From: Candidatus Moraniibacteriota bacterium
GTDB lineage: Bacteria > Patescibacteriota > Minisyncoccia > Moranbacterales > UBA1568
Assembly: GCA_016699875.1 (NCBI GenBank)
Contig: CP064989.1
Coordinates: forward strand, 328,788-392,787
Direction of reading: 5' to 3'
DNA: 64,000 nt
Shown: piece after piece, positions 18,330-28,335 of the stretch
Layout: the number at the start of each line of letters is the position of its first letter
How positions within the stretch are numbered: position 1 is the stretch's first letter
Made by a program: the position numbers and the translations under genes
The notes under the pieces: generated by a model
Told to the model about the DNA's origin: nothing
The model's input: only the letters and a program-made list of their open reading frames with translations
Database searches by the model: none

Positions 18330-19211
18330 TTACCTTGCCTGATGAATCACTCGCTGCGGAAACGGAATATCAATACCCTCTTTATCAAAAGCTATTTTGA
18401 GACGCTTGCGAAGCTCGCCTGTCACGTCCCATTGCTTGATCGGCTGCGTATCTCCGAGAATCTTGATCACGATCGCCGAATCGCCAAAATCGTCGACGCG
18501 AAGGAATTGAGGTGGCGCAATAATCATATCTTTCCAATCCGGATCCTCGGCAAGTTCCGCGCCCACGCGATTCACCACCGAAATCACCTGTTCCAAATCG
18601 GAGTTGTAAGCAATGCCGATATTGAGATTGACACGAGAGAAATTCTTGGACATATTGGACACCTGTTTCACCTCTCCATGCGGCACATGATGCACGACAC
18701 CGTCAAGATCGCGAAGCGTCGTCATGCGCAGACTGATATCCTCAACCAGCCCGCATGTCGTATCGAAACACACCACATCGCCGATGCGATACTGATTCTC
18801 CATGATAATAAAGAGTCCGCTAATAAGATCGCGAATGAGATACTGCCCGCCAAAGCCGAAGGCAATGCCCGCAACCCCTGCCGCCGCAAGGAGCGGCCCA
18901 ACAGCAAAGCCAAGCTCAGAGAGCATCATCAGCCCGACCAAAACCCAGAGCAAAATACCAGCCGATGTCGAAAAGATACGAATCAACGTGTCCTCTCGCT
19001 TCCGTTCCGCCTCTTTGCTGAGAAATCGACTCGGCACTACCAGCTTTCGCACCGACTTCTCAATAAATACCCCGACAAATCGCTGAACCAGCAGCGCCGC
19101 AAAAACGATAGCCACTATCTTCACCCCATGATCCACAAACCACGGCGCAACACTTCGCACGATATCGTGAGTAAAATTTTGCATAGAGAAGTCCGTATTC
19201 TTAAGAATCAA
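18330..19211 (-). CDS. Mechanosensitive ion channel family protein (MscS-like)
   Basis: three TM helices followed by beta-domain 'RIGDVVCFDTTCGLVEDISLRMTTLRDLDGVVHHVPHG'. Confidence 0.7.
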   Translation of the reverse strand: MILKNTDFSMQNFTHDIVRSVAPWFVDHGVKIVAIVFAALLVQRFVGVFIEKSVRKLVVPSRFLSKEAERKREDTLIRIFSTSAGILLWVLVGLMMLSELGFAVGPLLAAAGVAGIAFGFGGQYLIRDLISGLFIIMENQYRIGDVVCFDTTCGLVEDISLRMTTLRDLDGVVHHVPHGEVKQVSNMSKNFSRVNLNIGIAYNSDLEQVISVVNRVGAELAEDPDWKDMIIAPPQFLRVDDFGDSAIVIKILGDTQPIKQWDVTGELRKRLKIAFDKEGIDIPFPQRVIHQAR

Positions 19212-19237
19212 TAACAGGTAAAGAGGATGAAGGGAGG

Positions 19238-19597
19238 TTAGAACATTTTCGATCCGTTAGGAACCTGTCTCTCCGGTTGAGCCAGTATCACATCGCCATG
19301 CTCATCAGCAAAACCAGTAGTAAGGCACTCCGAAATAAAAGGCCCTATTTGTTTTGGAGGGAAATTAACGACGCATATCACCTGTTTACCTAACAGGTCT
19401 TCTTTTGTGTAATGCCGAGTAATCTGAGCGCTTGATTTCTTTATTCCAAGTTCCCCCAAGTCAATCCGTAATTTGTAAGCAGGCTTGCGAGCTTCAGGAA
19501 AATCAGCTACCTCAAGAATAGTGCCGACACGCAATTCTACTTTTTCGAAGTCGGACCAATTGACCTCTTCCATAGGATCTGTCAGGAAAGTAGCCAA
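19238..19597 (-). CDS. tRNA-binding protein (CsaA/EMAP-II-like OB fold)
   Basis: '[14 protein letters not shown]...KLRIDLGE' pattern typical of CsaA/MetRS C-terminal tRNA-binding domain. Confidence 0.6.
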   Translation of the reverse strand: MATFLTDPMEEVNWSDFEKVELRVGTILEVADFPEARKPAYKLRIDLGELGIKKSSAQITRHYTKEDLLGKQVICVVNFPPKQIGPFISECLTTGFADEHGDVILAQPERQVPNGSKMF

Positions 19598-19610
19598 TTA
19601 TCTCTCGTTG

Positions 19611-19697
19611 CGGTGGGGGTGAGATTCGAACTCACGGTACCGTTTCCGGTACGGCAGTTTTCAAGACTGCTACCTTAAACCACTCGGTCACCCCACC
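19611..19697 (-). tRNA. tRNA-Ser (anticodon TGA), long variable arm
   Basis: RC: acceptor GGTGGGG, D-arm, anticodon loop 'CTTGAAA', long variable arm 'CCGTACCGGAAACGGTACC', T-arm 'GAGTTCGAATCTC'. Confidence 0.8.
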
Positions 19698-19774
19698 ATA
19701 TTGCAAACATTTCCAGACTAACAAGAAAGAAACGGCTTGTAAAACCGTGCTATACTGTACGCATCCGCAAAGAA

Positions 19775-20254
19775 TTGCACTCCTCCATGACAAACAATCC
19801 GCCACAACTCACATGGACCGCGCCGGAATTCGACGAATCGCCGGCTCATTCGCGCGCGCTTCTCCTCTTGCTCGGAGTGTTTCTCGCTATTATTGTCTAT
19901 GCTCTCATCGAGAATAGTTCCATCATGGCCATCACCTTTGTCCTCCTCGGAACCGTCACATTCCTTCATAGCCGGAAATCTCCCAAGACACTCAGGTGCG
20001 CCATCACATCCGAAGGCGTCGTCGTTGAAGAAGAAATCTATGCGTTCGACAACATAAAGTCGTTCTGGATTATATACGAAGAAGACGAGCGAAGCCTCTT
20101 CCTCAAAACACGAGGGTCGCTCATAGCTTCCGTCCGCATCCCACTCGGATCCGCAAACCCGGTCGCCCTACGAGAGGCGCTCCTCACATCGGTCCGGGAA
20201 GTGAAATACGAGCCGACGGTAGTTGACACTCTCTCTCGTTTCCTGCATATTTAA
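19775..20254 (+). CDS. Hypothetical membrane protein
   Basis: ORF with two predicted TM helices; precedes tRNA-Arg. Confidence 0.35.
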   Translation: MHSSMTNNPPQLTWTAPEFDESPAHSRALLLLLGVFLAIIVYALIENSSIMAITFVLLGTVTFLHSRKSPKTLRCAITSEGVVVEEEIYAFDNIKSFWIIYEEDERSLFLKTRGSLIASVRIPLGSANPVALREALLTSVREVKYEPTVVDTLSRFLHI

Positions 20255-20264
20255 ACGAGGCTAC

Positions 20265-20337
20265 GCGCTCGTAGCTCAGTGGATAGAGCGTCTGGTTGCG
20301 GTCCAGAAGGTCGCAGGTTCGATTCCTGCCGAGCGCA
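20265..20337 (+). tRNA. tRNA-Arg (anticodon read as GCG)
   Basis: Cloverleaf: acceptor GCGCTCG, D-arm 'GCTCAGTGGATAGAGC', anticodon arm 'TCTGG-TTGCGGT-CCAGA', T-arm 'GCAGGTTCGATTCCTGC', discriminator A. Confidence 0.75.
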
Positions 20338-20474
20338 CACGAAACAGGAAGCAGAAGAGTTACCTTCCCATCGAAATCTTTTCCCAAAAAAGTCAAAAGA
20401 CAGGCAATTCGCCTGTCTTTTCCGGTTCACGAAAACACTTAAGATCCGTGTCATAAACAACGCAACCTCTTCTT

Positions 20475-21038
20475 TTACGCGCCGCTCCAGAAACTCATCA
20501 TGATGCCAAGGTCACGCGTATTCACCACATTGTCAGTATTCACATCCGCCGAGAGTCCCGATCCCGTCTGAAGCCACTGAGTGACCAGCGCGGTAAAGTC
20601 AGAAAGCGAGTAGGTCTTGGTTTGCGTGTCCACTTCGACACTGGTCGACTGAGCTGACTCGCCAAACCCACTATACGCCGTCACAGCATACACATAGGTT
20701 CCCGACGAAAGTCCGGTATCAGAGTACGTCGTCGTCGTTGAATTCGTCGTCCCGACTTGCACCGTGGGCGTACATCCGGCACCGCCGCATCGATAGACGT
20801 TGTACCCGGCAAGCCACCCGTCTGAAACCGCATCCCACGATAGGTTAATCTGTGTCGTCGAAGGAGACGACGCAACAAGACTTGTTGGCGTGGGCGGCGC
20901 ACTCGATGGTGGTGGTGGCGGCGGCGGAAGTTCCGCAAAGACTGTTGGTACAGAGAGTATTGCGAGAGAAAGAGATCCGAAAAACAATCCTCTCAATACT
21001 CGACTTCTCCATAAAGAGATGTTCGATTTTTGTTTCAT
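20475..21038 (-). CDS. Secreted protein with Pro-rich linker, fibronectin-III-like domain and dockerin-like C-terminal segment
   Basis: signal/TM 'LFFGSLSLAILSVP', 'PPPPPPPSSAPPTP', FN3-like 'INLSWDAV...GYNVYR', C-terminal 'DVNTDNVVNTRDLGIMMSFW' dockerin-type Ca-binding repeat. Confidence 0.45.
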   Translation of the reverse strand: MKQKSNISLWRSRVLRGLFFGSLSLAILSVPTVFAELPPPPPPPSSAPPTPTSLVASSPSTTQINLSWDAVSDGWLAGYNVYRCGGAGCTPTVQVGTTNSTTTTYSDTGLSSGTYVYAVTAYSGFGESAQSTSVEVDTQTKTYSLSDFTALVTQWLQTGSGLSADVNTDNVVNTRDLGIMMSFWSGA

Positions 21039-21062
21039 ACGATTCTAGAAGGGTTTAATGCG

Positions 21063-22934
21063 TTATCGAACACGAATCAAAATCGTCTTTGAAGTGCTAT
21101 TGCCAACATCGTCATAGACCTTGAGCTGGAACATATGGAGACCAACCGGGGCATCTGCCGGAATATTGAACGATTTGCTCTTTGTCGTCTTCCAATAACC
21201 GAGGAACTGATAGCGATAGTGATCAATATCCTCGTTGTCTTCTGCATCCCACCACACCTTTTCACCACGGGATTTCGTAAGAAATCGGGGAAGATCGGTA
21301 ATTTCCGGATCTTTATCGTCAACGAAAATATTGTAGGAAGCAGACTTGTCCACCTCATTTCCATCCGCATCAATATAGCGCACCGCATACCGGGAAGTGC
21401 CATTTTCTTTTTCAGTCACTTTAATCGACCAGTCACCATTACTATCCACTTTTGTACTGTCCTTCAATTTTCCCTCGCGATAGATCTCGACTTTGCCGTT
21501 TTTGATATCCGCATCCGACCCCTTGAAAGAAAGTTTCGAATCATCAGTCATGAAATCTTCTCGCTTCCCAAACTTCGCTTTTTCACCAATCACTTTAATA
21601 GATTCTCGCGAGAGCTCTCCCTTTCGGGTAGAAGCATCCGCCGCACACGACCGCTCGATATCCGGACTCCCGCCACTGCACCCCGCAGGAACACCCTCAG
21701 CATCGCGAGTCTGTACCTCGCCGAGACACCGCCCCCAGCTACCATAGGAGAAGCTTGAGCAGGTAACAACCGTCGGCACATAGGTGCAACTCTGACTCGA
21801 TGAAGGTGGCGTACCGCCGGAACAACCAGCGGGAACACCCGTCACTGTGCGTGTCTGCGTATTGTCAACCTGGCATACTCCCCAATCAGACACATCGAAA
21901 CTCGTACAGGTTGTACTCCCGCCAGTATACGTACACCCCTGTGTCGACGCCGGAGGATTTCCACCGGAACAGCCCGCAGGAACACCCGTCACTGTCTGTG
22001 TCTGTGTGCCGTCTGGCTGACATTCACCCCATCCGGATTCGGTAAAACTCGTACAGGTCGGGGGCGTATAAACACAGGACTGTGTCGTATCCGGAGTAAC
22101 CCCACCGGAACACACATCGGGAACCGTCGAAACAACTGTCCGGGTCTGCGTACTGTCCGACTGGCACGCTCCCCAACTTGAGTAAACATAATCCGTGCAG
22201 GTCGGTGCACCGACGAGCGCCCGAATACCGGAGACATTGGACAACAAATCATTGCCAAATCCACCTTCTTCGATAACATCGGAATCCGTATCGTCATCCG
22301 GACCAACAAAAGTATAGCGAATATTGTTCGTCGTCGCAGAAACCGAGCGAAGCGCCTTAAAAGTCAGCGTTGCCACAAGTCCCGAATTATTCTTTACTCC
22401 GGGCGACGGTTTGGCAAGTGTCAATGAAATCGTCCCACCAGCCGTATCATTATCCACGATCTGACATGGGTTCCCCTGATACATACAGGTATTGTCGACA
22501 CCGAATATGGATCCGCTCGTATCCCATCCGGTCAGTTGAAAATCCGCCGGATCATACGTCACGATAGCTCGCGTCGCAACAACATCAACTCCGCCAGTAT
22601 CGACCACTAAGTCCACAGAGAACGTATCGTCTTGTGCAACATTGATCGTAGTGCCGTCCCCAGTCGCATCAGGCGATGTCATGGAAAGCGTCGCTGTTCC
22701 ACTCGCCTTAGACAAACTTTCAATTTCCACAGACACGCTCCAGACAAACGACACAAATGCGCCAGATATAAAGGCGAGCATGAAAAGCCCTTGCCAAGTC
22801 TTCACGCGCGTGCGAGACACAAAAACCCAAGACTTCCCCAGAAATGGCAACGTATCACTTGCAAGATTGTCAATATGCCGACTCATGGTCCCTCCCGTCT
22901 GAAGGGGATCTTTCTTTTGTTTTTCTTCAGCCAT
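21063..22934 (-). CDS. Large secreted protein with four tandem thrombospondin-type-1-like Cys/Trp repeats
   Basis: four repeats of pattern 'TC(T/S)..(S/D).WG.CQ.D.TQTRTV.GVPAGCSGG.P....Q.CTY'. Confidence 0.5.
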   Translation of the reverse strand: MAEEKQKKDPLQTGGTMSRHIDNLASDTLPFLGKSWVFVSRTRVKTWQGLFMLAFISGAFVSFVWSVSVEIESLSKASGTATLSMTSPDATGDGTTINVAQDDTFSVDLVVDTGGVDVVATRAIVTYDPADFQLTGWDTSGSIFGVDNTCMYQGNPCQIVDNDTAGGTISLTLAKPSPGVKNNSGLVATLTFKALRSVSATTNNIRYTFVGPDDDTDSDVIEEGGFGNDLLSNVSGIRALVGAPTCTDYVYSSWGACQSDSTQTRTVVSTVPDVCSGGVTPDTTQSCVYTPPTCTSFTESGWGECQPDGTQTQTVTGVPAGCSGGNPPASTQGCTYTGGSTTCTSFDVSDWGVCQVDNTQTRTVTGVPAGCSGGTPPSSSQSCTYVPTVVTCSSFSYGSWGRCLGEVQTRDAEGVPAGCSGGSPDIERSCAADASTRKGELSRESIKVIGEKAKFGKREDFMTDDSKLSFKGSDADIKNGKVEIYREGKLKDSTKVDSNGDWSIKVTEKENGTSRYAVRYIDADGNEVDKSASYNIFVDDKDPEITDLPRFLTKSRGEKVWWDAEDNEDIDHYRYQFLGYWKTTKSKSFNIPADAPVGLHMFQLKVYDDVGNSTSKTILIRVR

Positions 22935-22994
22935 AGCGCTGCAAAAATATGCTTAAACGTAAAGGATATCTATTTTCGTGATGGAGAACACGGG

Positions 22995-23507
22995 CTATAT
23001 CACTTCCTTCGAGGAATCAAATGACTTCAATATATCGGCGATAGCAACAATGCCAACCATGCGCTGCATGTCATTCGTTACCGGAAAAACACTTAATCCC
23101 GTCTCCTTGAACTTTCCGATAAGATCCCGAACTGCCATACTTTCGGAAACCGTTTGGCACGGCGAACTCATAATATCTTCGGCTTTCGCTTGCATCAGTC
23201 GATCAACCATTTCGCGGCGACTTCCGCTCATCTCACTCGAAACACGCATCTTCCTCATAAAGTCTATATATGACGGAAGATAAATATTCGACGAATCTTT
23301 GGTAAAAAAATCCGTTTCCGTAATAATACCGACAATAGCTCCGTCATCAAGGACGGGAACACCATGAATCCGATGTTCGGTAAGAAGTGCTGCCACTTTC
23401 TGCAAAGGATCCGATGGACTCACGGAAATAACCGATGCCGTCATGATATCGCTCACCACTGAATCACCCATAAAACACAAAAGGAGATAAAGAGAAACAC
23501 CTCTCAC
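22995..23507 (-). CDS. CBS-domain pair protein
   Basis: two CBS motifs 'IHGVPVLDDGAIVGIITETD' and 'LSVFPVTNDMQRMVGIVAIAD'. Confidence 0.7.
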   Translation of the reverse strand: MRGVSLYLLLCFMGDSVVSDIMTASVISVSPSDPLQKVAALLTEHRIHGVPVLDDGAIVGIITETDFFTKDSSNIYLPSYIDFMRKMRVSSEMSGSRREMVDRLMQAKAEDIMSSPCQTVSESMAVRDLIGKFKETGLSVFPVTNDMQRMVGIVAIADILKSFDSSKEVI

Positions 23508-23611
23508 AGGAAACGCCCTTAGTATAAATCATTCTGTTCGTATTCGCAAAATGATCAGAGTCGCTCGACAAATCTCTTTACAAAGCCGGATAAAAACGTT
23601 CTATTGGATAT

Positions 23612-25693
23612 ATGCTTTCCTCTCAAACATATCTCAGTGACATTGCAACGATCAAAAAGAGTTTCATCCCGAAATTCTCAGCACTTGGCATACGCACCGT
23701 TCAAGATCTCTTGTTTCACATTCCTTCTCGATATGAAGATTTCTCTCACATCAAGTCGATTGCGGACGCCATCGAAGGAGAAAAAGCGACATTCGAAGGA
23801 ACTGTCGGACATTTCCAAGAAAAAAAGACGTGGAAACGGCGCATGAGCATATTTGAGACAGATCTCACCGACGATTCGGGAACCATTCGATTGATCTGGT
23901 TCAACCAAAAACTGATTACCGGAAACCTGCCGCCTGACACGCGAATCCGCGTTTCCGGAAAAGTCGCCCGCGACCGCGACGGATTTGCCATGACATCGCC
24001 GGCGTTTGAGCGGTCCAGTCGCCGCCCGACACATACCGCGCGCCTCGTCCCCATCTACCCGGAGACGTACGGGCTCACATCAAAGTTTATCCGATGGCAA
24101 ATTGAGATGCTCTTCGAAAAAAAAGTGGGCATCCCTGACCCACTTCCGGAATCGCTCGTGGAAAAACTCCATCTGCCGACACTCCCCCGAACGCTTCGCA
24201 TGATTCACTTCCCAAAATCTCCGGAGGAAGTCGAGATTGCACGGAAACGCCTCGCTTTTGACGACATGTTTCTTGCCCAGCTCAAAAGCCTCGAACTGAA
24301 ATCGATTTGGAAACAGTCGTCCGCCGTTTCTTTTCCAAAAAACGAGAAATTCTTCACGGAAAGCGCACGTTGTTTTCCCTTTCCGCTTACCGCTGCACAG
24401 ACAAAAGCTATCGAAGAGATTCTCAACGACCTCGCCCGCGACATTCCGATGAATCGCCTGGTGAACGGGGACGTTGGGTCTGGAAAAACAGCAGTTGCCG
24501 CAGTTGCCGCACTTCGCGTCGCACAAGCCGGATTCCAAGTAGCACTTCTTGCTCCGACAGAAGTACTCGCTCGCCAGCATTACGAAACCCTCTCGAAATT
24601 CTTCGCGCAAACTTCGTTTCAGATTGCTCTGCTTACTCGATCTTCACACAGACTCGCCTCGGAAACCGTCGCCAAAGAAACACTCAAAAACGCCGTGAAA
24701 AGCGGACTTGCCAGCATTGTTATCGGCACGCACGCACTCATCCAAGAAGACGTGTCGTTTCGAAACCTGGCACTGGTTATCGTTGACGAACAGCACCGCT
24801 TCGGCGTCTCCCAACGAGCCGCACTCCAAGAAGCGACACGGCATTCGAAGGACGGGATGCCAAAAACAACGCCTCATCTCCTCACACTTACCGCAACACC
24901 GATACCGCGAACGCTTGGCATTGCCCTCCTTGGCAATCTGGATATTTCCATACTCGACGAAATGCCGAAAAATCGCCTCCCTATCGTCACCAAAATCGCC
25001 GCCACACGCGACGCCAAGGAAACAGTCTTCCGATTCGCTCGCCAAGAGATAAAAAAAGGGCGGCAAGTCTTCATCATCTTGCCGCTCGTCGAAGAGTCGG
25101 CCACGCTCTCCGAAGTCAAAGCCGCCAAAACGGAGCACGAGAAACTCTCTAAAAAAGTATTTCCCGAATTTTCCGTCGGACTGCTCTATGGAAAAATGAA
25201 ACCTGCCGAAAAGGAGAAAACGATGCGTGACTTCAAGGAAGGCGCCCTGCATGTCCTCGTCTCCACATCTGTCGTCGAAGTGGGCGTCGACGTGCCCAAT
25301 GCCACCGTTATGATTATCGAAAATGCCGATCGATTCGGACTCTCTCAGCTCCACCAATTCCGCGGCCGAGTCGGTCGAGGCGCGCACCAATCCTATTGTT
25401 TCCTCCTTCCAGGGAAAAACAGCACCAATGATCGCCTCGATGCTCTTGTCGAAAGCAATAACGGTTTCTCCCTTGCCGAAAAAGATCTGGAAATCCGCGG
25501 CCCGGGAGCGTTCTTCGGACTCCGCCAGTCCGGTATCCCCGATATCGCCATGAGCCACCTTGGGAACACCCGCCTCATAAAAATCGCCCAAGAAGAAGCT
25601 TCGACACTCCTCCTCGACGATCCATCCCTCGAAAAGCACCTATATCTCCGTGCCGCCCTCACTGAAATGACCGAGAACGTGCACTTGGAATAA
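23612..25693 (+). CDS. recG: ATP-dependent DNA helicase RecG
   Basis: wedge/OB N-terminal region, Walker A 'GDVGSGKTAVA', 'VDEQHRFGV' DEAD-like motif II, 'QLHQFRGRVGRG' motif VI. Confidence 0.85.
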   Translation: MLSSQTYLSDIATIKKSFIPKFSALGIRTVQDLLFHIPSRYEDFSHIKSIADAIEGEKATFEGTVGHFQEKKTWKRRMSIFETDLTDDSGTIRLIWFNQKLITGNLPPDTRIRVSGKVARDRDGFAMTSPAFERSSRRPTHTARLVPIYPETYGLTSKFIRWQIEMLFEKKVGIPDPLPESLVEKLHLPTLPRTLRMIHFPKSPEEVEIARKRLAFDDMFLAQLKSLELKSIWKQSSAVSFPKNEKFFTESARCFPFPLTAAQTKAIEEILNDLARDIPMNRLVNGDVGSGKTAVAAVAALRVAQAGFQVALLAPTEVLARQHYETLSKFFAQTSFQIALLTRSSHRLASETVAKETLKNAVKSGLASIVIGTHALIQEDVSFRNLALVIVDEQHRFGVSQRAALQEATRHSKDGMPKTTPHLLTLTATPIPRTLGIALLGNLDISILDEMPKNRLPIVTKIAATRDAKETVFRFARQEIKKGRQVFIILPLVEESATLSEVKAAKTEHEKLSKKVFPEFSVGLLYGKMKPAEKEKTMRDFKEGALHVLVSTSVVEVGVDVPNATVMIIENADRFGLSQLHQFRGRVGRGAHQSYCFLLPGKNSTNDRLDALVESNNGFSLAEKDLEIRGPGAFFGLRQSGIPDIAMSHLGNTRLIKIAQEEASTLLLDDPSLEKHLYLRAALTEMTENVHLE

Positions 25694-27170
25694 TCTCCAA
25701 CTCAGCGTCAGCATTCGCCCGCACACATACTCCGAGAAGGAATCCAAGGAATATCACGCCGAAGTGTCCGCTCCAGAGCCAGTGATCAAGAAAGAGAACA
25801 GGTAGAAGCGCGCAAAACACCGCGAGCGAAAGTGCATTCCTGCTTTTCCATGCTGAAAAGAGCCAGATAAGAAGTATGCGTGAAAAGAGCAGAAACCCAA
25901 CCAAACCGAGCTCAGCACATACCAGAATCGGCACAACATGCACCGGCTGAAACGCACCGACAAAATCCCCGACATCCGGAAACCGCCACATCGAAAACGC
26001 CGTGAAATTCCCGCCACCGACACCAAGAATCGGGTGTTCGCGTATGGTCCTAAATGCCTGATCAAGGAATATTTCTCGGTCCGAGAGAGAACCTTCACGC
26101 ACAAGCGTCGCCTCCGAAAATCGGCTTAGGGCGATATCGCGAACAAGAAAAAACGCCACCGAATAAGAAATGAAGGTCAAAAGAACTACAATAACTACAC
26201 TGCTTACCCATCCCCTTCCGTCATTCCCGCGAAGGCGGGAATCCAGATACCACAAGACTCCGGATGAATTGAAGCAGGATTTTCTCGGAAAATTATCAGC
26301 AATATCAACCGTCGAAAGGCGCGTTTCGGAAAAGTTTTCTCTTGGCACATCCGAATCTTGGTAAAGCGTAGATTCCCGCCTTCGCGGGAATGACAAGAAA
26401 AGAGAGCACTTCAGACATCGAATGAATCCAAAAAACAATACTCCCGTCCCAAAGAAAAACCCCATCCATCCGCTCCGTGAAAACGTGAGTACGAGCACAA
26501 AACTCAGAAGCGCGGTCGCCCCCAAAGAAGCAGCTCGAAAAGAAACCTTTTTCGCAGTCACTGAGAACCACCCGCCAAAAAGCGCCGCGACCGCAAGCGC
26601 TCCACCGAGCACATTCGGATGCTCGAATCCGCCGTAGGCGCGGAGGAATCGCCCGTTCTCGGTTTTCAAGACAAATGTCCCCCACCGCGAAGGATCATGT
26701 TCCGCCATACCAAGCAGCGTCGACAGCGCAACAAACTGCCCGACCCACTGCGAAAGCGCGAGCAGTGCCTGAATCGACATCGAGAGGAGGAAAACCGAAA
26801 TCGTCTTTCGAATAGAAAACCCGCCATATCGCGCAAGCACAAAAGCAAGCACCAGAAGCAACACTCGCCACGCAGAAAGGAATGCAAGACTCTCATCAAC
26901 CGCCCAGAGAGCAGACAAAAGCGACCACAGAAAGAGCGTGCTTATCGCAATGAACAGGCGATCGCGCGCAAGAGTGCGCCACACTCCCCGCTTTGCTCCA
27001 AAAACGAAAAATGCCGCGCACGTCAGAAGCGCCGCATCCGACAAATAGAGACCAATCGTCGCATACTGCCATTTCTCACCCCTCACAAACACTTCGTGTA
27101 CTATCCACACCGTCTGCCACGGCAAGAGAAAGACAAACGCGTACCACGAAAGTTGTCGTGCCGATTTCAA
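25659..27170 (-). CDS. O-antigen ligase/polymerase-family polytopic membrane protein; reading frame passes through a palindromic-repeat insertion
   Basis: many TM helices and O-antigen-ligase-like loop region; residues 'LSFPRRRESTLYQDS...DSRLRGNDGRGW' are translation of the REP-like units at 26220..26394; annotated N-terminus (27209) lies inside second repeat pair so true start probably near 27170 (MLKSARQ). Confidence 0.45.
   Translation of the reverse strand: MKSARQLSWYAFVFLLPWQTVWIVHEVFVRGEKWQYATIGLYLSDAALLTCAAFFVFGAKRGVWRTLARDRLFIAISTLFLWSLLSALWAVDESLAFLSAWRVLLLVLAFVLARYGGFSIRKTISVFLLSMSIQALLALSQWVGQFVALSTLLGMAEHDPSRWGTFVLKTENGRFLRAYGGFEHPNVLGGALAVAALFGGWFSVTAKKVSFRAASLGATALLSFVLVLTFSRSGWMGFFFGTGVLFFGFIRCLKCSLFLSFPRRRESTLYQDSDVPRENFSETRLSTVDIADNFPRKSCFNSSGVLWYLDSRLRGNDGRGWVSSVVIVVLLTFISYSVAFFLVRDIALSRFSEATLVREGSLSDREIFLDQAFRTIREHPILGVGGGNFTAFSMWRFPDVGDFVGAFQPVHVVPILVCAELGLVGFLLFSRILLIWLFSAWKSRNALSLAVFCALLPVLFLDHWLWSGHFGVIFLGFLLGVCVRANADAELEIIPSARSRSFQ
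26220..26394. repeat. Pair of inverted 24-bp palindromic units 'gtcattcccgcgaaggcgggaatc' flanking ~127 bp (MITE/REP-like), located inside a CDS
   Basis: left unit 26220-26243, right unit (reverse complement) 26371-26394; each unit itself a hairpin attcccgc-gaagg-gcgggaat. Confidence 0.7.
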
Positions 27171-27204
27171 CATAGCGCCAGCATAGCACCCATTACCCAT
27201 TGCC

Positions 27205-27334
27205 GTCATTCCCGCGAAGGCGGGAATCCAGACTCCACTTACCTCATGGAAAGATCATTGCAAGCTTTGTTCACAAAGTAAAAGTAATCGTCTCGAATTG
27301 GTGGAACAGAGATTCCCGCCTTCGCAGGTATGAC
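27205..27334. repeat. Second pair of the same palindromic units (right unit degenerate 'gattcccgccttcgcaggtatgac') with different internal sequence
   Basis: left unit 27205-27228 identical to copy at 26220 including 5' flank 'ccgtcattccc'; internal sequence unrelated to first pair. Confidence 0.65.
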
Positions 27335-27748
27335 AAAAAGGAAAATACTTCCCGTCAAGCACAGCTGAAATTTCCAACCAAACAAAAAAGCCCCCATATA
27401 TATAGAGACTTCAAAAAAAATCGAGGGCGGAGGGAAATTTATTTCCACACCCGCCCCAACTCACTAGCTTATCCTCGCTGTCCAACACGAACGACGCTAT
27501 TTGTGCTTCGAGAAGGCAGGTACCGCCCCTTACAGGTCCTATCACTCCACTGATGAGAAATACTCCCAAAATCGACAGGAGTGATAACAACCCGCGATCC
27601 ATCATTAATGGTCAGTTGCCTGACCTCGATCCGACGGCGATGAAACACACCATCCGCATCGCGGAAGCCATGGCGAATGACAGTTACTTCTACTATCTTA
27701 CTCATTCTCACTTTCTCCCGAGTAGGTCGCCTAGCGACCGGTTAGTTT

Positions 27749-28042
27749 TCAGTCTTTCCCAAAAAATACATCTACAGGAATCGCATTACCTGGGATTCCC
27801 TGAATCAACGCCCCGAACACGTAACGCTTGTGAGCAGGGACAACGAAACATTTCACATCTCCATCCCAGATGATAGTCCACCCATCGTGAGACTGTGTAT
27901 CCATGGTAGACTCGCAAACAAATACCTCTCCTGGAATGCCCTTCCACCAAAATAATGCGTCACAACTGAAATAATACGACTTCCATTTGGAATTTCCGGC
28001 TGCCAACGAATAGCCCCCGAAAGGTACCATTTTAATTGCCAT
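27749..28042 (-). CDS. Hypothetical small protein
   Basis: ORF only; no motif recognised. Confidence 0.2.
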   Translation of the reverse strand: MAIKMVPFGGYSLAAGNSKWKSYYFSCDALFWWKGIPGEVFVCESTMDTQSHDGWTIIWDGDVKCFVVPAHKRYVFGALIQGIPGNAIPVDVFFGKD

Positions 28043-28285
28043 CTCCGTTGATCGAGTTTACCTCTGTTTACCATTTTCTTCCTCCTCAATGAAGACTATA
28101 AACAAAACAAGAAACCACTTTCCGATACGACGGAGAAATTTCCACGGACACAATCAGATGCCTGAATCAGCCGTAAAACCACCTCTCCGCCGTATCGGGT
28201 GAATTGTCAAAGATCCACACAACCGGGATGATAGCATATCGCCCATGTTTTGTCAATATATTCGGACAAATACAACAAGAAACAA

Positions 28286-28309
28286 AAAACGGCTCTTTCA
28301 AGCCGTTTT
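28286..28309. terminator. Palindromic terminator downstream of typA
   Basis: 'aaaacggctc-tttca-agccgtttt'. Confidence 0.55.
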
Positions 28310-28335
28310 CAATAAAAAATCACTGTTTTAACACT

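Noticed and set aside
18270-19214. 314-aa plus-strand ORF fully overlapping the MscS gene on the opposite strand
   Set aside because: Low-complexity His/Arg/Lys-rich translation that is the antisense of a well-supported MscS ORF; typical spurious antisense ORF.
26422-26899. Small ORFs (26422..26637, 26666..26899, 26619..27281) inside and antisense to the ligase-like gene
   Set aside because: They are generated by the GC-rich palindromic repeat units and antisense reading of a membrane-protein gene. The Arg-rich compositions are non-protein-like.
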